A stretch of DNA of 64,000 bases from Eledone cirrhosa (Eukaryota), in the NCBI GenBank assembly GCA_964016885.1, contig OZ024743.1:341744001-341808000 (forward strand), written 5' to 3'. The notes under the pieces were generated by a model, which was given only the letters and a program-made list of their open reading frames with translations, ran no database searches and was not told where the DNA came from. Shown here in pieces: positions 40,821 to 55,796 of the stretch; position 1 is the stretch's first letter; every line of letters starts with the position of its first letter. Made by a program: the position numbers and the translations under genes.

Positions 40821-42386
40821 TGAGTCCTTCATCAGTGACCCTCCAACCGCCCCAGGCATTTCATCGCTTTAAGGGCCATATACCTCAGGTTGGTGCGAAC
40901 AACGGCTAAAAAAAGTCGTTGGGACACGTAAATAAAGAGAACGTTAGGGTGAACAAACAAAATTGTTTAAGCAACAGAAAGTGAGAGGAAAGAGACAAGT
41001 CCCAGATTTCTATGAATATAAACTCGATAAAATCGTGAACTAGAGAATAAAGACCATCAGACCTGGTTGAAATGTGAGCAAGGAAGGAATTTCGCACAGG
41101 TCTAACGGGAGGAAGAAGAAGAAGGGGTCTGGTCTGCGAATTCGGTAAACATAAGTTCTGTGAAGAAGCAGACGAGAGAGAGAAAAAAAATTCATACCGG
41201 CTTGGCCAAGAGTGCGCGAGAAAAGAAATCAGACAGGTCAAGCGGGAAGAAAGAGGAGTGGAGGAGAGGTAGTGACAGGGTATGAGTGAGTGAAAGTTGA
41301 GGAAGAGGCTAACAGAGAGAGAGACTGCTAGAAAGGGTAAAGATACAAAGAGAGAAACAGACGGGTGGCAGCAGAGGAAAAAATATGTGTAAATATGATA
41401 ATAATGGAGCTGCGGCGTTGCAAATGGGTTACATATAAAAAAGTGAGTCCTTCATCAGTGACCCTCCAACCGTCCCAGGCATTTCATCGCTTTAAGGGCC
41501 ATATACCTCAGGTTGGTGCGAACAACGGCTAAAAAAAGTCGTTAGGACACGTAAATAAAGAGAACGTTTTGTTTGTTCACCCTAACGTTCTCTTTATTTA
41601 CGTGTCCCAACGACTTTTTTTAGCCGTTGTTCGCACCAACCTGAGGTATATGGCCCTTAAAGCGATGAAATGCCTGGGACGGTTGGAGGGTCACTGATGA
41701 AGGACTCACTTTTTTATATGTAACCCATTTGCAACGCCGCAGCTCCATTATTATCATATTTACACATATTTTTTCCTCTGCTGCCACCCGTCTGTTTCTC
41801 TCTTTGTATCTTTACCCTTTCTAGCAGTCTCTCTCTCTGTTAGCCTCTTCCTCAACTTTCACTCACTCATACCCTGTCACTACCTCTCCTCCACTCCTCT
41901 TTCTTCCCGCTTGGCCTGTCCGATTTCTTTTCTCGCGCACTCTTGGCCAAGCCGGTATGAATTTTTTTTCTCTCTCTCGTCTGCGTCTTCACAGAACTTA
42001 TGTTTACCGAATTCGCAGACCAGACCCCTTCTTCTTCTTCCTCCCGTTAGACCTGTGCGAAATTCCTTCCTTGCTCACATTTCAACAAGGTCTGATGGTC
42101 TTTATTCTCTAGTTCACGATTTTATCGAGTTTATATTCATAGAAATCTGGGACTTGTCTCTTTCCTCTCACTTTCTGTTACTTAAACCATTTTGTTTGTT
42201 CACCCTAACGTTCTCTTTATTTACGTGTCCCAACGACTTTTTTTAGCCGTTGTTCGCACCAACCTGAGGTATATGGCCCTTAAAGCGATGAAATGCCTGG
42301 GACGGTTGGAGGGTCACTGATGAAGGACTCACTTTTTTATATGTAACCCATTTGCAACGCCGCAGCTCCATTATTATCATATTTAC

Positions 42387-42388
<2 letters not shown>
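40818..42388. repeat. ~1.5-kb palindrome (arms 40818-41568 and 41584-42334) built from a non-coding 623-nt monomer in partial tandem
   Basis: TTTTGTTTGTTCACCCTAACG at 41567 and 42190. The arms are near-identical reverse complements. (TA)n on both sides. Confidence 0.85.
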
Positions 42389-42418
<30 letters not shown>

Positions 42419-42419
42419 A

Positions 42420-42450
<31 letters not shown>

Positions 42451-43204
42451 GTATATAATAATAATTTCTATACTTTCATTTATATATATGTATATATACA
42501 TATATGGCGTTGTTATTTGGTGTTGTTGAAAATAGCAGTGGCCTCTGACCTGGCAATAAAAACTGGAGTCAAAATTCTTTCTGTACCAAAACCAAGTTTG
42601 TGTGTGTGTATGTGTGTATGTGTGTGTGTGTGTGTCTGTGTGTGTGTGTCTATCTATCTATATGTATAAGGGATACAGATATTGCTTTCTCAGTCACCAA
42701 GCTTCTAAATTCATTGGTTGCTACTAAGTATTTTATTTTGCTACGAGGTATATTATTTTGCAAGGTACTATTTTCCCCCTGAGTTTGTGATTTCAGAGAA
42801 AGGTAAGAAATTCTTCATATTTTGTATCTTTTTATTTTGACTTTACAGTTTGAATTGTAGAATTGTCTATCCACTCAAAATATTACAACAGCTAACAGTG
42901 AAATATAGAATTTAAAAAAAAAGACCTTTTTCAACTGAGATCAAATCTTTTTTTTATTTCAAAAATATATAATTTGAAATAGCTTGCTTTTGTTTTGGAC
43001 TGAAACTTTTTTGTATTTAATTCGTGTGAGTATTTTTTAAAGTTTCTAAGATAACTTGATTTGGCCCAGTAATCTACTGATATCAAAATCAGTACTATAT
43101 TGAAAAATGTAAAAATAAGGTAGGGGTCGTTTCGTGATTTCGAGGGGCAAAAGGGGCCGTTTGGCCGAAATGTGTTGAGAATCTTTGATCTACATTATTT
43201 CTTC

Positions 43205-43345
43205 GCAGTATCAGTAGAACGTTGGACACCATGCTCTGCAGAATAGAGGTATGACCCTTTACGTTCAGAGTTCAAATACCGCGGAGGTAGATAAAATAAG
43301 CACCAGTAAGGCACTGGCCTTGTTCCAAAAGTAGAAACAATTATT
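43205..43345 (+). mobile_element. tRNA-derived SINE (family 1), internally deleted
   Basis: GAGTTCAAATACCGCGGAGGT...CCTTGTTCCAAAAGTAGAAACAATTATT. Confidence 0.7.
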
Positions 43346-44233
43346 TCTATAGTATATTTTACGTTATTTTTATTGTTATCGCGTATTTCTCTATTGTATA
43401 TGTTGTCCTGTTTCTTGTACTCGTTCCTTATGTGGTGATTTGTTTCAGTCTAATGTTTTTCTGTATTTCCGATTCAGTAGTCTGTTCACCGCGCAGTTTT
43501 GATCTAAATTTGCTGTTCTATCTCTCTATGTATCCTCGTTGAAATTATAACTGTTCGCAGTTTTGTCAGGAATTATTTATGTGTACCAGGTTTGTGTGTA
43601 TATTATTTGCCCTTCCTAGAATATGTCTGTGTGTAAATGGTGATCGTTGGCTTATAAACTCAATTTCTCTATTGCTTAAATACATTTTTCGATTTAGTCC
43701 ATATTACGATATACATTGATCCGTTGGACGTTGTGGTTGTGTTGCAGGAATGTTATTTTCATTCCATAGTTTATAAATATGATCTTCTACGTTTTTCCTA
43801 TGTATATTTTGGAGATTTCTATTTCACACACTTTACCAATTTCTTGTATATTTTGTTCATGTGTGCTTGCACATAGTTTTTTTTTTATCGAATTCGTTTC
43901 AAACGTTTCCGTCGTAGTTTTATTAAGGTCACGATTCCTCAATAATTCACTTTAATTTTACGTTCTTCTCTAATATCAGATTATTCGGCATTCTTAAATC
44001 TCCGCCTCGTTATTATTCTATAGCATAGATTAAACTATGGATATTCTTACGTTCACGTTTTAATACATATATAGTTTATTCAGCTTTTAATGGGAAAAAG
44101 TAGCTCTGATAGTATTTTGTAAAGGTTATGTAAACAATAGATTATATTTCACTAGTCGTGTTTGACGATCGTTTCTATGTTTTTGCATAGTTCTTCTGTT
44201 ATTGCTGATTTATAAATCTATATGTAATGTATA

Positions 44234-44286
<53 letters not shown>

Positions 44287-44467
44287 TTGGAGCTCTGAAA
44301 TAGCAATATATATATGGATGTATATATAATGTATTTTGCAATACACTTTATGCTTAATTAAAAGCATTTTGAAGACCGTAAGCTATTGTTTTACTAGCTT
44401 ATATATATATATATTTATATATATATATATTTATATATATATATATTTATATATATATATATATATA

Positions 44468-44613
<146 letters not shown>

Positions 44614-44629
44614 TTTATATGCATGTGAT

Positions 44630-44950
44630 AAGGTGAGGAATTAATTATTAGAGTGCTTCCTTCACAATCATGAGGTTCCCCGTTCGATTCGCGGATCGGG
44701 TGGTGCGTTTTTTCCTTGTGCAGGAAAATTATTTCACATTGTTCCAGTTCCCTCAGCTTCAGAGGCATTACTAGCGCCAAGATGTTTCCTTTGGGCAACC
44801 TAGCTGGTTTGATGAGGGTAGATTCGGAATCTTGGACGATTGCTGGTCTTCCATAAAAATACCTTGCTCTCGTGATGTACTAATCTTGGAAATAAACCTA
44901 CTAGTTGCAAAGCTCACTGACGCCAATTCCTGACAAAAGGGGGCCTTTAT
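44630..44950 (+). mobile_element. tRNA-derived SINE (second family)
   Basis: tRNA-like head with B box GTTCGATTC at ~44672, ~300-bp body, AT-rich tail. Single copy in the window. Confidence 0.5.
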
Positions 44951-45045
44951 ATAAATATATAATATATATATACATATATATATATATTATAATGAAATAC
45001 TACTTCTTCATTATCGCGTATATAGTATGTATTTACGTGTATATC

Positions 45046-45153
<108 letters not shown>

Positions 45154-45403
45154 CTTAGGAATATTTGTCCGTGTGGGGGTGTATATGCGTGCTTGTGTGT
45201 TTCTGCGTGTGTGTGCGTTTACAGACTCAGTGAGATATAAAGCGGGAGAGAGAGGGAGAGAGAAAGAGATATCGGTTTATTCGTTTGAACCTGGGGAATC
45301 ATTCCGTAAAGATCAGATTGAATAAAGACGATTATATATATTGAGCGCTTTGTTCAGGTTTGTATATCCAAACACTCGATCTAATATGCTTATATAATGA
45401 ATA

Positions 45404-45449
<46 letters not shown>

Positions 45450-48082
45450 TACTCACATGCACCTGCATTCATATTTGTACAGATTTAGAACCTAATAAGC
45501 ATCCTCAACAGCGGTCGTTTACCTTAAAACTCTAAGATGTACAATGAGCAAATTATAGATTAAACTTCTAAATATAAGTAAAATTGCGTTATGATATTCC
45601 AAATACACGTGTTGTGGAAAAATATGCATAAAATATAAAATAAATTATGGTGAAATAGCAATTCGATAGCAAATCATCATAAGGTCTTTTTTACTTTAAA
45701 ATGTTCTTAATGTCTTACTACTTCAGGTGGGTGGGATACAATGTGAAGGTTGTTAACGTTCTTGAGAATTGAAATAGTCGGCATTTGGACAACAGCGTGT
45801 TTGATGCTTCAGCTTCGAGGAATATTTACAAAAGAAGTTATTAGTATCACTTAAGCGTTTTTCTCACCTTTACTGAAATTGTTGCAACTGACTACACTAC
45901 AAATGTTCTTAAGTTTCCCAGTGGCTATGAGCTGATGCACAGGAATACGGTTGGAGGCTTTATCGGTATTATTTAGATTTTATATTTATTTACTATTAAT
46001 TTTATTTATTTTTTTGTATGATAAAACGCAGAGGTGTATGTATATTGCAGAATATTAAGCTCTGTTGTGCTCCAGTCAGTAATGTCCGTGAAGATGTTGA
46101 AGATACGAGATTCCACAGGAATGTTTTATGGTAAACATGAATATATAAATGGCAAGGAATTAGGAAACCAAACAATAGTGATTTAGCTTAATTGCGTGCT
46201 TTCAGCCCTTGAGATTTCAATGAGAAGGAAAAAGATAACTGTATTACCCAACAACAATTGTGACAACTATCAGTTTTCTTTACTTGTTATGTCAATTCAT
46301 ACTTGTAACTGTTCAAATAGAAAATTATTATTACGATGAAGAATAACTACCATTTCTCCTCTTGGCGTTACCTTTTCCGGCTTAAGATTAGAGGTTTCAT
46401 AGATTAATGAATATGAATACTTTGAAAGAACATTTATTAAGTTAAGTTTTAACCTCTATTTGATCAAGCTGAAAAGATAAGGTATCAGTTGATAATTATA
46501 TGAATAGGAGTAATTCAATAGAAAGTGAGAAGTGAGATCCGATAATAGCTTACTTGTGCCGCATAGTTTTAAATTTTATTAGACGAGCGAGTGTAGTTAA
46601 CTAAATGAAGGCAAGTGATATATGCACAAAACGTACAGTAGCACCATAACCACTGTTAAAGTAATCAATAGGATGGCAGACGGAATACAGTTCTTATGTC
46701 AATGACGACGGAAACTACTAGACGAAACTACAGAGTAGGGTGGTATCATTAAAATCCGTTTTATTCACTCAGAAACAAAAATACAAATATATTTTAAAAA
46801 GCAATGAAAGAAAATGTGATCTGGGTATATAATATAAACTCTACTTTTATAGAAGTGTTTTTAAATTACAATCTGTAATCACATTTCAATGAATAATGAA
46901 TAAAAACTATTTAATTATATGTACAGATAATGTTCAAACGAATTCCAAAGGGTCTGAATACATCAAAGTATTATGGAAAGATAATTCTAAATTGCAAAGT
47001 CACTGTAGTGTGAAAATTAAATTGACAAGAAAGAGGGAAAATGAGGTATAGATAAGGTGTCATGAAGAAGAGTTATAGATATAGGTGACAAAAGTCTATA
47101 AATAAAATTGCAAGAATAAAGTGAATTTTTAAGTGTTGGAAAAATGCAGGAATGGAATACCAAACCAGATATTTGGCTTATGATACTACCTCCACAGAGA
47201 ATGTTGTGTCAAAATACAGAACGTGAATGTTATATGTCAACCCAAAGCCATATTTCTTACGGTGGCAACGAAAGAAATAATTGTATATAAGGATACATGG
47301 AAAGATAGATGGACAAACAAACAATAGTGGTACGAATGAAACGGAATACCACTAAAGGTATAAACAAAATAAAACAGTAAGATGATGACAGCACTAACTA
47401 CTTACAGACACACGCGTAATGGCCCTCGTCAGATATTAACTGCTTCCATAGAATGAATTCAACCATGTGCAGTTCAAAGAACTAAACCTTTCTCACCAAA
47501 TATAAAAATAAAATAAAGTATGACGAAAAGTAGGTCACGCGAACATTCATACATGATCTTAGATACATACCAACACAGAGAATCACGCAAATAGATACAC
47601 AATAACATTATAACAAGCACTATCGGGCTACAAGACCAGAAAGCACACAAAGAACAAAGCAATCGCGGAAAATCCATTCAAAATGCTTTCAACGTGCAGT
47701 GAAAGACTTCGTAAATTGATAAGGAAGTGAAAAACAACCACTGCACATGGTTTCGTTTTCACAAAAATATGAGAGTATTTGATTAAACACATTTGAAATA
47801 GAAGGGTTTCTATCTTTCAGCAAACACAGGTATACATACACAAACATACAGTCATATACCATCATACCATCACACACACTCACATACACACCATTAAACA
47901 CACAAGGATACCATCATACCATCACAGCATCACACACACACCAACGCACCATCACTCAGAAAACATTATATACACACATATATATAGTTATATATGAAGT
48001 TATACACGATATGTTGATGTATAAATACATACACACACATACCTACCTACCTTCCTACCTACCTACCTACATGCATACATAC

Positions 48083-48660
48083 ATGGTGGCTGCCAACTCG
48101 TTTTCGAGTACGGCCACTACTTTATATCCATGTAGGAGAACGCCTACCGATGCGCTAAACAAGTGTGACTTTTTAGTCCAGCCAGCGACTTGAAAACTCT
48201 GGTACAAACACTACACTTGTGACAATTATTGACACATAGTGCTGGGCCCATGGTACCATGTGATGACAAGTGCAGAGAGATCTCCAGATATAAAGCAATG
48301 CCTGTGCCGTGAAGCTTTTATAGTGAGCAAAGGCACTGCACAAAGCCAGTCCCACTCTCTTAACCAAGATGATATTTACCAAAAAGAAGAACAAGTCAAC
48401 ATCATTGGATACCATCAGGGTTGCAGGTGTTATATCAGAGTTTTCCTTCTCCTAGAATTCTGCCTTGACAAAGGCTAAGGGGTCATCTCTCCCGGTGATT
48501 TTGGATGGCCATTGACTCTTACGAGCTCCTTTGCCCTTTGACAGGTTTTGTTTTTAGTCCTGCAGGATGTCCAAAGTCACCCTCCTCACCAAGAAATCTT
48601 TGTGGGGTTGCCAGTTTAGTCGCCAACGACCCAACCGTGAGACAGGTTGTACTGGGATAC
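48083..48660 (-). mobile_element. Same RTE-derived element in a (TACA)n microsatellite
   Basis: Near-identical to 25743-26293. Confidence 0.8.
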
Positions 48661-48712
48661 ATACATACATACATACATACATACATACATACATACATAC
48701 ATACATACATAC

Positions 48713-48759
<47 letters not shown>

Positions 48760-51340
48760 GGTTGAGACTATATTATATAAAATTGCCAAATATCACGAAA
48801 TGAAACAAAAGTGAATATGATGATATATGTGTGGTTAAATGTTTATCATGATTGCGCGTGAAACAATAAAAAATATGTAAATTAAGATACTATTCATAAT
48901 CCACCCTATAATAACAATTAACTATAGTCTCAATTTGGTGTATTTCGTGTGTATAATTGTGTAAACAGAAATTATACGGACACTCGTATGGTTGGTATAA
49001 TTGCCGTGTAACCAGTTTAACGCTCTCGAAGTGTGTCGAGTATGACATTCATCTGCACGTAGCTATAGTTCTGTACCTCATGTTTAGGCGTAGGCATACA
49101 TATATGCCTGCCATATGCATGCTTAATCAAACATTTTTACCTCTTCGATTCCTGTAAACTTACATACAAGATTGAATCTTAGTGTGGCTCCATATAGAAA
49201 TGTTACTGACGCTTGTGCATTTGGGGCAATCGTGCCACCCCACACCCATCTTCACGTTGCATATTTTCGTATTTTATAAAGGAATGTCAGAATAAGTAAT
49301 TATAACCAGAGGCTTTCCTCAAATCACAGATGTTAGCAAGATTCCGACAATGGTACCTCTTACGAAACTAAATAATCAATGTTCACCTAAAACGTCAAGA
49401 GAAGTTCTACCATCAAACGATGAATCTTGTCCAGGTTTTCATTCGATTCTGAGAATAATGTATCCATTTGGAAAATTCTCCTCAGGAAAATTGGTTTTCC
49501 TTATCAGTTTCAATCGCTGATTAACACATTTTCCGATTGAGTGGAAACATAGCGAGACATATGTAGATGTTTTTATGAAAAAAGAGGTTCTCTTTTCCAA
49601 ACTACTCTTTTCCTTACAGTCTGCTGGTTCTTTCATTCCTGCGTCCGCTGCCTATTGCTCGTCTGGAAATACATATACGATTTCTAGAAGTTTTTTTTTT
49701 CAATTCGCAGAAATTTGCTGCCAATGCAATAGTCTTTCAATCTTTTATTCGTAATTTTTTGTTGTAAACATCATAGCAACGTATTGCCGAAAATATCTCA
49801 ATTCTCATGGACCGTTATCTGCACTTTTACGTCATTTTGAATGAGATCATTATCATCTTTTGACCACCCTCGGGTAACACATACTTTAAAATGTCTATCT
49901 TAGGTGATGAAACGGAAGATAATGTAACAAGAGCGGTTTATCCGGCAAGGCAGCAGGTTGAAACGTTTTTTTTATTTTTATTTTTGGTAGAGAAATATCT
50001 CTAAGGTTTCAGAATGCAACAGATTCGATCAGCGTAATTCAACTCGTATCTGTTCACCACAGGTGCTTAACAATCGTTGTTGAGGATAGTGCCAGTTTAT
50101 TGATGTGTCTTTTAGAAGGTTCTCGAATACTTTTTCAGATGATACTGAGATTTTCCTAGTGCCCAATATATTGATGTACCACGATATATTTTGATAAATA
50201 ATAGTACACAGCACGATCATTAAACGCAACGAAAATGAATATGACGATATATGTGTGATTCAGATAATTATCATGACTGTGTATGTTTGTGTGTATACGT
50301 CTATTTATGTGTGTAACAAATAAATATATGTAACAATATGTAAGCGTCACACATCTGTGTTAGTGCGTTGTCATTTAATGCAAAACAAATCTTTTCATAT
50401 ATAGAGATTAAAAACGGATATCAAATTAAAAACGGATTTCACATAAATGCATCCTTAGTCAGAAAAGTTTATTGGCTATTTAAATATCATGAAATGTTTC
50501 AAACAATATCTTCCGCATTATTTGTTTACTCGTAAATATTAGAATCTAATAACATTTATGTGACATCCCCGTATTTTAAAATCCGTTAGTATTTAAAATG
50601 CCATTTCTTTAAATAATACTTTTCTTGCTTGATGAATACGATGTGAGTTTTATAAACAGCTCTCAAAGAATAAAAATATCTGACCACCGTATGTCCTTTT
50701 TCCGTTTTGTAGAAGTGTGTTTAAAAATGTTGATTTGAAATTGAATGGTTTAAGGTTCGATTCTACGGCACGGCATCGTTGACGTTTCTTTAAATTTATC
50801 ATTGACTAGTTTTGACCCAAGTATTTTCGATGAGCGTTGGTAGACTTAGACAATGAAGAAGCCTGCTGGTTGGACTCTATGTGTTCATGGGTAGGTAGTA
50901 GGCTACTAAATTGCGCAGTTTGCCCGCATTATCTTGATGTGTACAGTATGGTAATTAGCTAAACCTAATTATAACACACACACGCATACACACAGACAAA
51001 CACATACACACAGATATATATATATATATATGTATATATGTATATATGTATATATGGATTAAAAGATTTGTGAATCGCACTTAGTTGTGTGGCTAGATAA
51101 AATGACATATGTTCCTTCGATCAAGCGTGGAGTCACACAATAACAAATATTTTGGGTACCTTTTGTGGAATCCACTATGTTGGGAGATCTAGAAACAAGT
51201 TTCTTGCTTGAGAAAATCAATTTTTCCCACCATTTCCCACAAGATGAGAGCGACCTACAAAGTTTCATGAGCACTATCGTTCTTCTTTTGATTATGAGTA
51301 AATATAACTTATATTACTCATATATATATATATATATATA

Positions 51341-51535
51341 TAATAATAATTGTTTCTACTTTAGGCACAAGGCCAGCAATTATCCAGTGCATTACTGGTA
51401 CTTTATTTTATCGACCCCGTAAGGATGAAAGGCAGAGTCAACCTCGGCGGGATTTGAACTCAGATCGTAAAGGGACGTAACTATGCTGGAAAGCATGGCG
51501 TCCGACCCTCTACCGATACTGCCAATCCACCGCCC
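51341..51535 (-). mobile_element. tRNA-derived SINE (family 1), full length
   Basis: Reverse complement matches 55617-55796 from the GGGCGGTGGATTGGCAG head to the (ATT)n tail. Confidence 0.85.
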
Positions 51536-52006
51536 TATATATATAATAATAATACTGGGACGAAAGATTACTCCTTCATTACGTTTATTGGTTAGTGGCA
51601 CGCGTTTCACTACTGATCAGCTCAATGTTAGATCTGTATCAATCTGGTCTGACTCTGCAATCAAACGCTCGTCGGACCATATATATGGTGACGAATCTGT
51701 TTTGCGCACCAAACAGAAAGCACGAACACAAATGCACGCGTAAACAGACAACAATAAATAAAAAGTAAATAAAATAAGATAACATTACAGTGATTCAATG
51801 GGAGGCAACATAATAATATCATTGATGGTGTCACAGGTGTGTGACGAAAGAAGTCTGGAAGACTATATTTATATCTATATTTTAATTGATTTCCAGCTAC
51901 ATAAATATAGAATATACTGAAGCAAAAACCAAACCAAACCAAACAGTGAGTGTATTTTATTGTATATTTCTGGCAATATGGCAATATTGTAACAACATGA
52001 CTCTCC

Positions 52007-52050
<44 letters not shown>

Positions 52051-52679
52051 ACACACACACCGAAACAAAGAGAGAGAGATAGAGAGAAGACCGAGTCAGA
52101 GAGCAATTAGCATAGTATGGCGGGGCTTATTATAAAATATATTTTATTTAATAATTCTTTAACTACAAGGTTCTATGCAAAGCTGTTTGAGTCCTCGATT
52201 TTACTGGACCGTCGCCGTATTTCATTTGACATGCATTTAATTCAATTACAATAATTTCTTACATATTTTCTCTCGTCATTTTCAAATATACCTCCAGTAA
52301 ATTACTGTGAGTTTGATCTAGCTATGTATTATGCATCCAATGATGTAAACCAGTTTTATTTTTTCTTCAGAAAGAGAGATTGGCCCCGTGCAAAGCCTTT
52401 CCTCACTTAAAAAATCTTCAAGTTCAGGCATCGCTTGATATATGACATTTTCTGCGATGCATGGCATTACAGGCAATAGGCAAGTCACAAGACCCGCCCA
52501 TGGTTTTCATGCTTAAGTATCAAGCATTTCTCAAAATCAAGTTGCAACCATCATCATCATTATCATCATTATTATCATCATCATCATGTATGTATGTATA
52601 AGTGTGCTTGTGTCTATCTATTTATCAATATATCTGTTTATAATTCTATCAACCTGTCTGTTTATATATCTTCTAATTG

Positions 52680-53410
52680 TTGTTGGTATTTGTGCACAGT
52701 CTGCGAGTTAAGCCCACAGATGAACTGCAAAACTAGAAATGTAGGCTGCAGCATAAGTTTAAAAAAAGGACAATGTATAAATCCAACCACGCTTTACATA
52801 AGGGAAACGACTCGCAGTATAAGAAAAAATATGAAAGATCACTGGTGACAGCTCAAAGACGACAAATATTCCCCATGCCAAATCATTGAAATTAATTTTA
52901 TTTACAAACCGAACAGATGTAATGCTCAGACAGAGCAAGGTAATCATGCATATAACAAGTAATCCAACCCACAATACTAATCATGATTGAAGTCATATCA
53001 ACTCTTACAAACAAGCGACTGTTGACAATATAATTACACATAAGAATCAATCTAAAGGGGTTCAGAGAAATACACGCACCCGCAATACAATACAGGAATA
53101 GAATATTAATTACCCAGTGATTTGAGAAGGACAATGAAATAACACACACATGTGCATAAAACATGGAGGAAAAACAAGACGTAAAAACATAAATACATGC
53201 ACATGGACATACACACACATACATACACATGCCATCCACTAGTGGAAGTAGTAGCACTCAAGATACATACGCAAATACACGCATGCGTTGACTACATACT
53301 CACCACAAAAATATTAGATGGAATAAACAGAACAAAGAAAATTCACAGGGGAGTAAAGATCGTCACTGAGAAAGTCAAAGAAAATGTGACGAAAGAGCTT
53401 TGACAATTAA
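52680..53410 (+). mobile_element. Old diverged PLE family A 3' end (another pseudo-LTR relic at ~51700-52010)
   Basis: CTVCELSPQMNCKTRNVGCSI..LYIRETTRSI. HHR relic at 53362-53404. Confidence 0.65.
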
Positions 53411-54914
53411 ATATGATAATTAAACAACCATCCAGTATTTTAAACTTACTGAACTATGAATTAGTTACCTTTGTAATAATAACCTGTGCCAATCAACTAG
53501 TGCGTGTGTTTTTATAGGCAGCATAATCCTTCCAAAGTATAGCAGTATCTATTTCAACACACGAATTAATATCAACTGATTACGCACACTGGAAATTTGT
53601 TGGCGGAGACTATATGGGAGAGACTCTAGCCTTGATAGCCGTTGATTTTGATGAATCGAACACGGAATCAAGTATGTTTGGGAAGAAAATATGTTCACTA
53701 CGTATCTCTGCCCTCTCCCATGTGTGTCCAGGCACTACACAATAAATCTTTCCGTTTGCCATTGCCTGACATATAATATAAATATTGTAGTATTATTTCA
53801 AACTAGAGTATATCGTATTAAAACTTGCACTAAATTCTCAGTTGAGAATATTGGTTATTTGTCTACATTTCGTTTTATGACTAAACATTTAGAAGATTAT
53901 AGAACTATGAGAATACAGAAATTCCATAAATGTGCGTAATTAACTTCGTATAGAATTTAAAGAATAAATCTTTTCATTCCTCATTGCTTGACATTTCCTA
54001 TAATATTACTGATTTGGGATTACCTTTTACCTATATAATCGTATTACAACGAACATTTCTTTCATCTTTATAGTCATATGAACCTAAATCGCCAAACCAC
54101 TAGCAGTAGATTTAGAGAGTTCTCAGTATTTTACAGAGTTAAATTGATCACACATAACATCAATGTTTAATGACCGGATTATGAAACTTCTTATAAATCC
54201 TCATTATCCCATGACTCACGTTTTATTTGTTTAAGCGCATACCGTCTTGTAAAGGAAAATATTTGAAACAGTATTTCATTCGATATAAGACGTCTTTAAT
54301 AGAAAGCTACGTTCGGCCATTTGGTTGTGAAGTTCCTTTCGCTAATACGAGTGGCTCCAGGTTCCATAGAATGGCGAAGCAGCTTGAATATGCGTCTTCT
54401 CCCACAGTTTAGGGTCCACCAATACCTCGTGAATGAATATTATTCAGAAGTTATTCAAAGGCATATATGTTATGCTATTGTTTACATTTGTATCCAAGGA
54501 AATAGATTTCCCCAAACACTGAAACAGACAAACATATCCATAAATAAAGTGTTGATGTCACTCCACCCCACCATTCTTAATTACACATTGAAGCATATAG
54601 TTAATGGGAATGTTTGTGTAAAGCTTAGAGGGCCATCAGCAATAAACTCATTCCTATTTAAGGTGTTAGATGACTGTGAGGTAAACCACAAATGCAGCTG
54701 TTACCCTTGTTTTAACTAAGCCAAGTGGAGCAGCATGAAAGGAAATGACTTGATCAAGCACTCAAGACCTTGCGATTAGATGCCCAATGTCCTACCTTTT
54801 AGACCACCTGTCTTCACCAGAGACAAAATACCAAATGTTAGTTCGAATTCTTCTCATGAAGATTCTCACCGCCTGAAAATATTTCCATGCCACACATAAA
54901 AGAATCATAATATA

Positions 54915-55328
54915 ACTCATCCTCATCAACATCAGGCGGCCTCACCCAAAATCGACTCTACAATCGATCTCTACGTGGGTCTGTCGTTCATTGTCGCTGC
55001 CAAATCCTGGATTTCAATACTAGAATCTCTGAAGATAACATTGGGATAAGAGAGCTTGCGCCTCCTGTTATTAGTGACTGCTTGTAGTTTCCAAAGCACA
55101 AATGGAGATAGGGCCTCATAAGTGGCACGATAGCTGTGGCTAACAGATCTTACTCTCTTTTTACGTACAACGACAGATATGCGCGGGAGGAGAGCAAATA
55201 TTTCTTTCAAAGTCAGATGTCACCAGCTTATGTTCTGAATGCGTCGAAGTAGGCGAGTGTAGATGCCATCAAAGCACTTTTGTTGTTTGGATGAAAGCGT
55301 TCAAGTTTCACTTCCATATAGCAAGATA
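54915..55328 (-). mobile_element. RTE/RTEX LINE 3' fragment
   Basis: ILLYGSET*TL..DGIYTRLLRRIQNISW..LPRIS..VLWK..MNDR, followed by a short (GAT)-like tail. Confidence 0.7.
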
Positions 55329-55616
55329 ATATAATTACACCTACCCCCAAAAACATGTTTCTGTTGATCATTACACTAGCCTAACTAATCAGTGTTAATA
55401 GGCCATGTGATCGTAGGGGAAGATGATATTAACTATCATCCAACATTCAACCAAAGCAGCAGCACTATCAACAACAATAAAATAGGAAGGAGCAACCATC
55501 GGTATCAATGGCTAGAACAGTAGCAGTAGTAGTAGATATGAAGTATTATTCATAATAGTAGCAGCAACAGCATAGCTAATATATAATATTATAAGGGGAT
55601 ATAAGGGGATATAAGA

Positions 55617-55796
55617 GGGCGGTGGATTGACAGTATCGGTAAAGGGTCGGACGCCATGCTTTGACGGCCCTTGCCATTCTGAGTTCAAATCCCGACGAGG
55701 TTAACTTTGCCTTTCATCCTTACGGGGTCGATAAAATAAAGAACCAGCAATGCACTGGGTAATTGCTGGCCTTGTGCCAAAAGTAGAACAAATTAT
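55617..55796 (+). mobile_element. tRNA-derived SINE (family 1), full length
   Basis: GGGCGGTGGATTGACAGTATCGGT...GAGTTCAAATCCC...GTCGATAAAATAAAG...GTAGAAC. Confidence 0.85.
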
